A DNA stretch of 63,994 nt, counting the filler, from Octopus bimaculoides (taxonomy: Eukaryota): NCBI RefSeq assembly GCF_001194135.2. It is 8 parts of 8 records of this genome, joined end to end, with 100 filler letters (N's around TTAATTAATTAA, not from the genome) between each part and the next. Parts side by side here need not be neighbours in the genome. Positions count along the whole stretch, not along the records: positions 32,622 to 52,752 come from NC_068981.1; 7 more parts are not named here. The stretch is one strand, 5' to 3'. The notes under the pieces were generated by a model. The model was not told where the DNA came from. It saw only the letters and a program-made list of their open reading frames with translations, and did not search any database. Made by a program: the position numbers and the translations under genes. Every line of letters begins with the position of its first letter. The first letter of the stretch is position 1. Shown in pieces: positions 36,481 through 48,481 of the stretch.

Positions 36481-37748
36481 TATGCATGTGTGTGAGCATG
36501 TGCATGCACATCTATGCAGACATATGCACACTCGCATGAAGCCATACACATGTAGCATGTACACTAGGGATACAACTTTTCAATTTTTTTCCTCAAACAC
36601 AATTTCCTGTATCATATTTAGATGAGCTTTTCTGCGTAAGTAACGGAAGTGAACTCACTTTTGAGCTATCTTTCAAAAAGTTCACCCATGAATCTACGTT
36701 TGTATTCTTATGCGAAACTTGTTTGAACATGGGCAAGGTTGCATAGCGGTCTTGGCTTTCAATAAATTCTTAGCATTTATAAGACTTCCTTCACAAAGCA
36801 AATAAGTTCTTCTTTCCCTGTCAGCCTTGTTGTTTCGCTTTCAGTGTGAATCCTGCATGACTGGTGGCAGTATGTCATTCAAGAAAGGTTTCAAAGTTGT
36901 TGAGAAGAACAAAGAGAAACGGAGAAGAAATTTGGTGCGGTTCCAGTCCCATTCAGCTAGAGGTGATGTGCCTGTAGAAGAAGCCTCACTGGCCAGCAGA
37001 AGTCGAATGCCACTCAAGGAGAAGGTTGTTGGTCGATACCAGTTTCTTTGGAAATCAATTAAAAGGCAGAAAGGAGAGAGTGGCAAAATTATCAAGAGAG
37101 GTGACAGTAGTGTGGAGAGATTAATTGAAATTTCCAATCATTTCCAAGCTCGAAAATGTGCTTCATTTGTATGACAAATGTGCCAAGAAAGGAAACTTTG
37201 AGCCACAGTTTATCTGCATTTTGTATCTCTGACTGTCACCTCCTCCTACTGTGTTTGTTCTTTTAGTCTCCCTCTGCCAGTGTGATCAGTTTGAAACCCA
37301 TAGCATTTCATTATATGTAAGATTTTCGAAAAGAAAACGAACAGAACAACTAAGCAGAGATATTACAGGAATGAAGTAGAAATGCTCTTGGATAATTTGG
37401 AAAACTTCAAACTGTTTCATGAAGCGATATGAGACAAATAAAAAAAAAAATAACAGAACAACTTTAGCTTGTGCCAAATGGTTTAGAAAATAAATTGTAT
37501 AAGTTGCAACAAATTCAACAGCTTCTAATGCTAAAGTGTTACTCACAAAAAAAAAAAATATATATACACACACACACACAGATATACACATACACACATG
37601 TACATACATACATATACATACACATGTACACACATACATACACACACACACAAAGATGTAGCATATATATATTATTATATTTTAATTCTCTCAAAAACAG
37701 CAGAAATATCTCTCTTTAAAACAACATGAAAGAAAATTATTTACAAAT

Positions 37749-37912
37749 TTAACATTTCTTTTTCTTCTTTTCAGGAGAACCATCTTCTCTGTTGGTATTT
37801 TCATTGCTTAGAGACACATCAACCTGAAAATGAAGAGATGAGGCCACTGAAGAAGCCCACAATGCCAATTCAACTTGGTGAGCAGACCATTTGGTTTGGA
37901 TGGTTTTAGAAT
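37749..37912 (-). CDS. Amun: Terminal exon 5 of Amun-like gene (D-SKTIQTKWSAHQVELALWASS...GSPEKKKKKC*)
   Basis: Acceptor gtctttttatttcag|AT (phase 1), 164 nt to TAA; W-x-x-H-x-VELALW motif; basic C-terminal tract resembling an NLS. Confidence 0.92.
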
Positions 37913-38419
37913 CTGAAATAAAAGACACAAACGACATCAAAATACATAATTGTGAAAAAGTAAACAATACACATAGGAGATATCATAGCCCCATACCCAC
38001 AGTTTACACAGGTAGAGTAGAATAGTTAGTGGCCTGTTATGGAGATAGATGTATGTGTGGGTGGGTGGGTGTATGCATATACATGTATATGCACATGTAT
38101 GTAAGCATATAGATATGAAAGAAAACAGATCAACATACACACGGATAGGTACATAGGTTATATGAACAGAAAAGCACACATACGCAAATGAAAACTGAAA
38201 CACATGACCATATACACACACACACACACACTTTACTTCACACAAGGACACATGGAGACACATCCACACATATGGAGATGTACATCCATACATACAAACA
38301 GGGTACATAGTTGCAAAACACACACACTCAGACATGCACACACAAGGAGACAGAGGTACAAACACGCAAGCACACACACACACACACACAAACACGGACA
38401 CGCAAACACATGAATATGC

Positions 38420-40047
38420 AGAGTGCCGCTGAACTGGCTCCCATGCAGGTGGCACATAAAAAACACCATTTTGAGCATGGTCGTTGCCAGTACTGTGTGA
38501 CTGGCATGTAAAAGCACCCATTACACTCTTGGAGTGGTTGGCGTTAGGAAGGCCATCCAGCTGTAGAAACTCTGTCAAATCAGATTGGAGCCTGGGGCAG
38601 CCTTCTGGCTTGCCAGTCCTCAGCCAAATCGTCCAACCCATGCTAGCATGGAAAGCAAACGTTATATGATGAGGATGATGATGAAATGTACACACACACA
38701 TACATACATATATACTTATGCACACAAACACACACTCATGCATACATACATCAAAGACATGGTTAATAGTGAAGCATAATCTTTGAACATTGGGCTCACA
38801 GAGGTAATGACTGGTGACCAAGTCCTTTAGTGATGTGCTGTGCTTGAGAGGACCTGTCGAGTCAAGTGCACCCATGCTGGTGGCACGTAAAGAACATCTT
38901 TTGAATGTTGGGCCTCATGGAGGCAAAGTGGCTGAGTTCCTGTCAAGCGTTGGGCCTCGTGGAGGCAAAATGGCTGAGTTCCTTTTGAGTGCTGGGCCTC
39001 ATGGAGGCAATGACCAAGATCTTTGGCATTATGTCGTGCTTGAGAAGACCCATCAAGCCGAGCAAAATCACAGTCGTGACAGATACTGGTGTCACACAAA
39101 TGGCATTCATGCTGGTGGCATGTAAAAGCACCCAGTACACTCTCAGAGTGGTTGGCATTAGGAAAGGCATTCAGCCATAGAAAACCATGGCAAATTAAAC
39201 TGGAGCCTGGTGCAGCCTTCCAGTATGCCAGCCCTGGTCAAATCGTCCAACCCATGCCAGCATGGACAACGACTGTTAAATGATGATAATGATGATGATG
39301 ATTATGAAATTATTGTTTTCCATTTACAAGTATGAGAAAGATGGCAGCATCTTCAGAAAACACTTTTATTAAGAACAGCTAGGATGCTTAGGAAAATTCT
39401 TGGCATCTAAGGGTTACTTCCTGTAACCCAATGTGAGGAATTTTCCTTTACCAATAGTTTAATCCGTTGTGCGTAAATGAAATAATAATAATGGTTTCAA
39501 ATTTTGGCACAAGGCCAGCAAATTTTTTTTTGGGGGGGGTAAGTCAATTGTTTGAGCTCTAGTGCCCAGCTGGTCCTTATTTTCTCGACTGCCAAAGAAT
39601 GAAAGGCAAAGGCGGAATCTGAACTCAGAATGTAAAGACCAACAAACTGCTGCTAACCATTTTCCCCAATCATGCTAACGATCCTACCAGCTTGCTGCCT
39701 TATGAAATAATAATAATAATAATAATAATAATAATCATCATTTTAATTGAACGTCCGCTTCCCAAGCTGGCATGGGTTGGACGGTTTGACTGGGGTCTGG
39801 GAAGCCAGAAGGCTGCACCAGGCTCCAGTCTGATCTGGCAGAGTTTCTACAGCTGGATGCCCTTCCTAACGCCAACCATTCTGAGAGTGTAGTGGGTGCT
39901 TTTATGTGCCACTGGCACAAGGGTTAGTCAGGCGGTTCTGGCAACGACCACGCTCAAAGGTATTTTTACGTGCTACCTGCACAGGAACCAGTCTAGCGGC
40001 ACTGGCAATGACCACGCTCAAATATTGTTTGTCACGTGCCAGTACGG

Positions 40048-40099
<52 letters not shown>

Positions 40100-40585
40100 T
40101 AATGATGATGATGATGATGATGTCTGCATGGTGTCAGACATGAAAATTGAGTTTTTCACTCTGGGACACAAAATCTATTTTGAAGGGAAATACCTTTGGT
40201 CAGTGTCGTTGACCACCACATAAAACAGAGTAACTTTAAGGGAAAGTTTGTTTTGTAAAATCAATTAGTCTAACGAGGAAGCCTTCCTAATTAAAAGTAC
40301 ACAATTACTGCCACCTGACTAGCTCCCTGTGCCGGTAGCACGTAAAAATCATCATCTGAACGTGGTCGATGCCAGCCCCCTTGCTCTGTCTGGCTCCTGT
40401 GCCAGTGGCACGTAAAAAGCACCCACTACACTCTCAGAGTGGTTGGCGTTAGGAAGGGCATCCAGCTGTAGAAACACTGCCAGATCAGATTGGAGCCTGG
40501 CGTAGCCATCTGGTTTCATCAATCCCCAGTTAAACCATCCAACCCATGCCAGCATGGAAACCGGATGTTAAGCGATGATGATGCT
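38420..40585. mobile_element. Cluster of RTE 3'-end copies in intron 4: 38420-38685(+), 38760-39305(+), 39735-40045(-), 40305-40585(+)
   Basis: Same 3'-UTR consensus and (GAT)n/(CAT)n tails in both orientations. Confidence 0.85.
38900..39010 (+). repeat. Three tandem units of about 42 bp
   Basis: (t/c)gttgggcctc(a/g)tggaggcaaa(g/a)tggctgagttcct, repeated, with a partial third unit. Confidence 0.85.
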
Positions 40586-40652
40586 AAGACAGAAGAATGT
40601 TAATGAGGAACTGCATACATGTTAACGAGAGACCGTATTCACATTATGATCA

Positions 40653-40687
<35 letters not shown>

Positions 40688-40835
40688 AGACAGCCTACAC
40701 ACCAATATAAGATTGCTATTTTGAGATTATTGGTGTCTTTGACTGCAAAAATATTCCACATTATTATTTGGTACAAAACAATTTGGCCAAAAAGAAATCA
40801 TTTAATAATTTTATTTATGAATAAATAACAATATA

Positions 40836-41010
40836 GGCGAAGAAGTGGCTGTGTGGTAAGTAGCTTCCTTACGAACCACATGGTTCCGGGTTCATTCCCA
40901 CTGCGTGGCACCTTGGGCAAGTGTCTTCTACTATAGCTTCGGGATGACCAAAGCCTTGTGAGTGGATTTGGTAGACGGAAACTGAAAGAAGCCAGTCGTG
41001 TATATGTGTG

Positions 41011-41075
<65 letters not shown>

Positions 41076-41270
41076 ATGTGTTTGTCCCCCCAACATTGCT
41101 TGACAACCGATGCTGGTGTGTTTGCGTCCCCGTAACTTAGCGGTTCAGCAAAAGAGGCCGATAGAATAAGTACTAGGCTTACAAAGAATAAGTCCTGGGG
41201 TCGATTTGCTCAACTAAAGGCGGTGCTCCAGCATGGCCACAGTCAAATGACTGAAACAAGTAAAAGAGTA
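40836..41270 (+). mobile_element. Full-length tRNA-headed SINE with an internal (TA)n/(TG)n microsatellite (family A/C)
   Basis: A-box-like gtggctgtgtggtaag, B-box-like ggttcattccc, central microsatellite, tail ...gactgaaacaagtaaaagag; full or partial copies at about 271, 7130-7570(-), 8700(-), 9430(-), 11810, 12985, 13550, 14945-15400, 19345, 20850(-), 23270, 26040, 47870(-), 55365(-). Confidence 0.9.
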
Positions 41271-41359
41271 ATTATAATAATAATAATGATGATAAACTGA
41301 CTGCCTAAAGTAAATAGTTGTCTTAGAAACCAAAAACGAATAAATAAGAATATATTTAC

Positions 41360-41515
41360 CAGATTTTGCAAACATTTTCCTGATATTGCTAACAGCGTTC
41401 ATGTAATCCGTAAAGTAAGGAATTGTATACATCTTGGGTCTGTTTGGCAGAGCATAAATCATGCTCTCATCAGCCATAAATGGAACCTTTTCAGGAAGAA
41501 CAGCTGCCAAAATTG
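41360..41515 (-). CDS. Amun: Exon 4 of Amun-like gene (A-ILAAVLPEKVPFMADESMIYALPNRPKMYTIPYFTDYMNAVSNIRKMFAKS)
   Basis: Strong T-rich acceptor ttttgcttgtttttaag|CA, donor TCTG|gtaaat, 156 nt (phase 1 to 1); PFMADE motif. Confidence 0.95.
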
Positions 41516-43084
41516 CTTAAAAACAAGCAAAACAAAAAAAAAAAGGCTTAAAATTTTTTTTTTTAAAAACCAGCAATAATTTAACAGCAAATTCTTAACA
41601 ATTTCCATTATTTATCAAAAAGAAAAAGAGTTCTTTATAATTGGTTCTATGTGAAAATCAAATTGTCATCATCATTAATGTTGTCATCATTGCTATCGAT
41701 GTCGTCATCATCATCATCATCATCATTTAACATCTACATTTCCATGATTGCTTGGGTTGGAAAGAATACAGTGAGACAGGTTTTCTGTGGAAGGGTGCTC
41801 TTCCTGTCAGTTACCCTCACCTTTTTCCAAACAAGCTAATATTTCCCTCATGACCACATGTATTTCCATGGGAGATTGGGAACAAAGGACACCGCTTGTA
41901 TGACAGTGATTCTCATTTACAATCATTGCATGGTGTCAAGACAAGCACACATACACACATATACATGTGTGGACACACACATACACTTGCAAACATACAC
42001 ACATGTATATATACACATATACATGCATGCATACACACACACATAACGCCCCCCCACATGCTTCTTTTACTCTCTGGCCACCAATTCCATTTGTAAGGCT
42101 TATGACCTAAGGCTACAGAAGGAGACACTTGCCCAAGGTGCCACACAGCAGAACTGAACCTGAAACCATGTGGTGAGTAAGCAAACCTGCAACTATTGAG
42201 AAATGGGTGCGAAAAATAATCTACCACTGGAAACAATTCTTGTTAGTAGCCATTCATGTGAAATAGCAGCTATTTTCAGCAAGATTAATGAAGTCAAACA
42301 ATGAGCAATATTATGTTAAAGATAGAAAATTCAATCTTTTTGTGAGTAACAATTAAAACATAATCCAACAATTTGTTGTTCACCTGAGCCCTGGATACAA
42401 TAAAGAAGAAATTTGGTTTCCCAAACAAGTTCATAAAGATGATACATCAATTTCGTGATAGCAAGATTATGTTGTGAATAATGGAGAATTCTTGACACAT
42501 TTCACTGTAAGCAATGCTGTGAAGCAGCCACACTCTTCACTTCAATGTTTAGGACAATGCTTCGTGATGCAGTCTCGCATGAGACATCTGGCATCCAGAT
42601 CAGGCACAGATTTGATGGGGGTCATCCTCTGCAAGTTGCAGAGAGATTCAGTTTATTAAAGACATACCAAAAAGCTTTACCACTTCCACCTAACATGCTT
42701 ACAAAACGTTCTTAACATCAGGTGGCATGATAAAACTCTCAACTGTGCTCTGGAGAGCTAATCCGTCAAACATGTTCGATGATGATCAGTCATGCGTTGG
42801 TCGTTGCCAGTGCCACCTGACTGGCTCCCAGTGCTGGTGGCACGTAAAAAACACCATCCAAATGTGGTCGATGCCAGCCCGGCTGCTGTGCCGGTGGCAC
42901 ATAAAAAGCACCCACGACACTCTCGGAGTGGTTGGTGTTAGGAAGGGCATCCAGCTGTAGAAACCATTCCAGATCAGATTGGAGCCTGGTACAGCCTCCT
43001 GGCTTGCCAGACCCTAATCAAACCATCTAACCCATACCAGCATGGAAAACGAACAATAAACGATGATGATGATGATGATGTATG

Positions 43085-43545
43085 CTTTCCTGAGCAAATT
43101 CCAGCTGCAGTAGCATGGATATGTTGTGTGCAAGATTGATTTTAAGCTCTCCAAGTAAATCTTCTTTGGTGAACAAACAGTTGGCTTTCGGTGATGTTGT
43201 GGACCAACAAAGAAATACAAAGACACGTTCAACGCAACCTTGAAAAAAGTGCAGCTTAGACCAGTCTATTTGGGAGCATCTTGCTCAGGATTGCTCAATG
43301 TGGCAAAGGGTTGTGTACTCTGGAGTACAGTACTGTGAATGTGATATGACTAGAGAAGCTAAAGAGGGAAGGGCAGCAGGAAAAGCAAGAGTCCCACCGG
43401 GTCCTGATTCGGTTGTTATGTGCCTCTATTGTAATCAGGGATTCCATGCCAAAATTGGCCCAAAAAGTCACCTCAGAACCCAGAAAGTGCGAAGCTAATA
43501 ACTCAGTCATCTTCAGAGACATGAGGAACAACCCGAATAATACAA
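43085..43545 (+). mobile_element. RTE-BovB-like LINE 3' fragment with terminal C2H2-like finger
   Basis: Remnants of KKYKDT...TLKK, WEHLAQD..WQRVVYSGV, then CLYCNQGFHAKIGPKSHLRT, followed by a gtcatcttc...gaacaa-type tail. Confidence 0.75.
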
Positions 43546-44231
43546 CTCTAGCAACATCATTTGTGGTTCCCCAGTTAACTTCCTTCACAGTTGTGGCTTG
43601 TGTCTACAGACAACAATTTGATAAAAATTAAACCAATCACTTTGATTCCAATATTTTTTTGGCAATTTCTTTCCTTGTTATAATTCCCTATTTTCTCTTC
43701 AAATATCTGCAGTTATATAATCAGTTTTAAACCATTACAAATGGTATATCTTCAGGTCTAATAGCAGTGATTAGGGTAGCAGACCAGCATTACCAGATAC
43801 TCAATCACTTCACAGATACAAAACAGAAGAAAAAGATTGTCATTCATTAGAATAACATTTGTATTTATGGAATGGTGCTGTTGTAGTTTACACAGACACA
43901 CAGACATCTTATGAGATGACTTGCAAATACAAAGTTTGGTACTGATTAACTCAGTAATCAGTTATTTCAGTTTTCTAATGATCCAATTTTGATGCTGGTT
44001 AAAAGAACATGGCCCACAACCGTATCATATCTTTTTCTGTTGAACATTCCTGTTGTATATTCCAACTGACCACTTTTCCATCTTTGGCATTGTTTATGGA
44101 AACAAAATTGAAACAAATCCTGACACCAAGGATTATCTAAATATCATCAATTGCTCAATGGCACCACAAATACATTAAATCTGAACAATTTTTAGCAAAG
44201 GTTTAAGATCGAAAGACGAGAATAACACTTC

Positions 44232-44475
44232 ATTGGTCCATAATTATTGCGGCTTTTCATCAATAAATTTTATTCAACAAAAACAATAACAATTAACAAA
44301 AACTTTAAATGATTATTCTGACCGTCTGCCAAGCAAATGGGAAGCAGTAATTGAAGCAGATGCTGAATATGCTCCGGAATAATCATTTAAAAATGTTTTT
44401 GTTAAATGTTGTTATTGTTTTTGTTGAATAAAATTTATTGAAGAAAAGCTGCAGTAATTATGCCCCAACCCAATA
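44232..44475 (+). mobile_element. Mariner-derived MITE with transposase C-terminal remnant
   Basis: Inverted arms of about 85-95 bp; right end ...ccccaacccaata (mariner-like TIR + TA); centre encodes DRLPSKWEAVIEADAEYAPE*. Confidence 0.8.
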
Positions 44476-44739
44476 GTTTACAAGGACAAGACTTTCTTCT
44501 TTCTTCCTCATCTTCTATCATTTCTTAAATTGTTCTTTACTCTTTTGATCTAAACTCCCTCACCATTAAATCGCCCTCACTGGAACCCTTATCGCACCAA
44601 CTTTCTACAATTTTCTGCCCAATGTTGACCTAAAAATGTCCAAACATCTAAATCTCATCCATTTCATTCATTCACATTTTAGTGAAACATGTGGCTTTAA
44701 AATCTATTTGTGAAACAAATTAGTATTTAAGGAACCCAC

Positions 44740-44899
44740 CTGAGGCTGTTGCAGGTCCCACTGCTTTCAATGTTGTCAAAGTTTTCATGGCTGTAATCAC
44801 ATCTGGTAGTTGTTTGAAAGCTCTGCTACTCACACATTCCACTTGCTCAGCTTCGTTACTCTTCACCAGTTCAGTGAGGCGAGGACGGAATTTCCCACG
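44740..44899 (-). CDS. Amun: Exon 3 of Amun-like gene (RGKFRPRLTELVKSN...LPDVITAMKTLTTLKAVGPATAS)
   Basis: cag|CGT acceptor, TCAG|gtgggt donor, 160 nt (phase 0 to 1); RGKFRPRL motif and HhH-like LKAVGPATAS. Confidence 0.95.
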
Positions 44900-45310
44900 C
44901 TGTTCCATAGTTTTTTTTTTTTTAAATAAATAAATATTTATAGAAAAAGAATAGCTGACATTAGGTACCACTAGAATGCCATACAATGGAGACAAGCACA
45001 GTGTGAACATGCAAAAACATACTTTCTGCTTCATCATTTTACATCAAAATAAATATTTTCCATGGAAAATTAGATATTAAATTATATATTAAATGCAATT
45101 CTGAGAAACATCAAAAGTGGTTGTGGGATGTACTAGAAACAATAGCAATATCTCCATCAAATCACCTTTTTGTTTGAAAATATTTTCAACTTTTGTTTTT
45201 ATATACCGAAAAGGCTTCTTGCATGTCGCCTGACTGGCCCCCGTGCTGGTGGAACATGAAAAGCACCATTTTGAACATGGTCGATGCCAGTACCACCTGA
45301 CTGGCCCTCT

Positions 45311-47300
45311 AGTATGCACACTGACATTATACATCCAGCAGAGCATACTGGCTTCATCCCTTGCGAGCTTATGCATGTCCTCAGCAGTCACGGCCCATGT
45401 TTCACAGCAATGTAGCGTGGCTGTTCATACACATGCGTCATACAGTCTGCCTTTTACTCTGAGCGAGAGGCCCTTTGTCACCAGCAGAGGTAAGAGCTCA
45501 CTGAACTTTGCCCAGTCATCAGCATAGAGAAGTTCCCAGGGGCATCCTGTCTTGAATTCCTCTGTTATTGCCTCGAGGACTATGATAAATAGGAGGGGGC
45601 TGAGGACTAAACCTTGGTGGACCCCTACCTGAAATTCTTTACTATACTCGTTGCCAACCCTACACCTCACTGACAGTATCCCTGTACATGGCTTGTACAG
45701 CTCTCACTAACCACTCATCTATCCCTAGTTTCCGCATTGACCACCAGATAAAGGGTTGGGGGACCCTGTCGAAGGCTTTCTCCATGTCAACAAGAGCCAA
45801 GCACGTATTTCTCCTGCAGCTGTCTTACCAGAAATATAGCATCATTGGTGCTTTTACCTGGCACAAACCCAAACTGCATCTCATCTAAATTGATTCGCTC
45901 CCTAATTAGTTGGGCTATGACCCTCTCCGTAACTTTCATAACCTGATCTAACAGCTTGATGCCTCTGTAATTATTTGTATCTAAAGCGTCACCTTTACCT
46001 TTGTAGCAGTTGAATATGATGCTGCTACACCAGTCATTGGGTATGACTCCTTCGTGTATCACCTGGTTCGTAATACGGGTGACTAGGCTATAGCCGACAC
46101 TGCCAGATATTTTGAGCATCTCAGCAGTGATTCTTGATGGGCCGGGGGCTTTTCCTGTCTTCACACCCTTAATTGCTTCATCCACCAAGGGACTGTCAAT
46201 TTAGATAGCTGATCCCTCTGTTGGGTCAACATTTGGCAGACTCTCTTTCTCCCATTCGTTCTCATCATTTAGCAATGCTTCTTAGTGGCATCTCCAAGTC
46301 TCTCTCTTTGCAGCTTTGTTTAGTGTAAGTGAGCCATCATCCATGCAAACACATTTCTGTCCTATGACATCACAATTCTGTCTTGCAACACAAAACACCT
46401 CAAGTCTTTGGTCCTCACGATGCAGAACATTGGCAATTTTTTTCTTATCTGCTTCCCCTTTGGCTAAATAAACCTGTCTCCTAGCTTCCCTTCTGGCAGT
46501 CTGATACAATTCCCTGCTACCACCGTTCTTCCAGTCCTTCCAAGTCTGTTTCTTTTCTCTAATTGCCCTGTCGACAATATTGTTCCACCACCACATTGCC
46601 TTAGGTAGAGAGGGGACTTTGCACCATCCACAGATCTGGTCAGTAGCCCTCAACAGGTTGTCCTGTAGAAACCTCCGGTTGTCTTCCACATCATGTGATG
46701 CTATATCCTCCTCTATTTTGTCAAAGGCTTCGAGTAATACGTCTCTAAATCTCTGTCCATTTACAGGATCCTTAAGCTTCCAGCCCTTTCTTTTCCATGC
46801 TGGTCATTTTCTGGGCATCCATTTAGCCCTGATCTTGAAATTGCTAACTACTAATCTATGTTGTGGGTGTATTCTTCACCTGGGAACGTTTTGGCATTTA
46901 TAAATAGCCATCTTTCCTGTTTCCTGGCGAGGATGTAGTCACTCTGACTAGTGTGTCCACCCGACCGGTAGGCGAATAGGTCACTGGCAGGTTTCCTGAA
47001 GTTAGTATTACAACCATAAGGTCATTTGCATCACAGAACTCCAGCAGCTGTGTTCCCTCCTCACAGCAGGAACAGAAAAACCATAGCCACCATGTATGCC
47101 ATGGAAGCCCCTGGACGTTGTCCAACATGCCCATTGAAGTCGCCAGCCACAAAGAGAAGGTCCCTTTCATTCGTCGATGAGGTGGTCTGCAGGAGGGAGT
47201 CATAAAATTGGTCTTTCTGTCCATCGGGTAGCCCAGGCTGAGGGGCATAGGCCGAGATAATGGTTGCTAGCCCATGGTGAAGGACTAATCTGATCTTAAG
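45311..47300 (-). mobile_element. RTE-clade LINE ORF2 relic (APE endonuclease + RT) in intron 2, same orientation as the host gene
   Basis: ISAYAPQ, VAGDFNGHVG (APE); KAPGP, NYRGIKLLDQVMKV, QFGFVPGKST, QGxVLSPLLFI, LLYADD (RT); stops and frameshifts. Confidence 0.92.
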
Positions 47301-47421
47301 TATTCTATCATATATATATATAAAAACATAATTAAAGGATGAAATCATTAAAATTAATTTTATCAGTGGCCAGCATATACAAAAATAACCTTTTAGGTAA
47401 AATTCATATATATATCTATAT

Positions 47422-47618
47422 ATATATAATTGTATACAATATAATTATGATTAACGACACAGAAGCAACCATGCCTATATGCTGAAAATAGATGCCAAAT
47501 CCGTCCAGCCACTGAAAATCTTCACTTTACAATATACATAGGTGTATTTTCAGCATATAGGTATAATTGCTTCTGTGTCGTTAATTATAATTATATTCTA
47601 TACAATTACATATATATA
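47422..47618. mobile_element. MITE-like inverted repeat (arms about 70 bp, 54 bp spacer) in a TA run
   Basis: attaacgacacagaagcaa...cctatatgctgaaaata versus tattttcagcatatagg...ttgcttctgtgtcgttaat. Confidence 0.8.
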
Positions 47619-48276
47619 AAGGAGCAGTACAAAATGTGGATACAGAGAATCGTGCAGCTATCACAGAAAGTTCTTCTTACAGATTTGGCTATCAGTGCAC
47701 ATGGTAACCAACTACAAAGAAGTGCAATGTACAGTGTCCATGTAACTGAATACAATTGTATTGTATAATGCTGTGCATACATATTAATGGAAACATGTAT
47801 GCATAATTTCTTCCATACTGAAATTAATGCTACATGAAGAAGGCTGTGAAGCAGTTGTAATGCTATGGAAGTTTCTGTCAGTCAAATTCATTGACAAATT
47901 TTCAATGCTTTGACCAGTTTGAAGCTAGAGTGGAAGACACTTGTCCCAAGGTACTGTGCAGTAGGACTGAACCTGGAACCATGTGGTTGAAAAGTGAATT
48001 TCTTAATCACACAGTAATACACACACACACACGTTAGATTTTGTTTAACCCAAAGTCAAGTTTGATCACTCAAACCTATGATCAAAGACATTCTATATAT
48101 GGCCATCCCATTTTAATGTGTGTAGAACTACATTAACCAGTGTGTCTTCTTCATATAGTAGAGTGTGATACGAAGAGGAATGTTTTGGCTGTTACTTCTA
48201 GCAAGTGAAGTTAGGGTGTAGAGGCTCTCTAATTGGCTCATAAAAACAATTTTTTAAAATCCATGTAATTTCTTAC

Positions 48277-48370
48277 GGTTAATTTCCATTGCATCAATTT
48301 ACACAGTTCATCATGTTTTATACATTTGGTCTGTCTTTCATTAATGGCAGCAGGCAGCTTGTTTTGGTAC
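48277..48370 (-). CDS. Amun: Exon 2 of Amun-like gene (YQNKLPAAINERQTKCIKHDELCKLMQWKLT)
   Basis: Acceptor ctctttcttattctag|G, donor ACC|gtaaga, 94 nt (phase 2 to phase 0); ELxKLMxWKL motif. Confidence 0.93.
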
Positions 48371-48481
48371 CTAGAATAAGAAAGAGGGTTATAAATGGGA
48401 AAGAGTAAGAAAAAGAGGGAGAGAGTGGGAGGGAATAGAGAGTTACTACCTTTGTCGAAGTTATTTCTAATATATATATAT

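Noticed and set aside
37774-37877. Apparent + strand exon with strong acceptor and G|gtgagc donor
   Set aside because: It is the antisense of Amun-like exon 5; the pyrimidine tract is simply the complement of the Lys codons
38900-39010. CRISPR-like regular repeats
   Set aside because: Contiguous tandem units without unique spacers, LINE-derived, in a eukaryotic context with no cas genes
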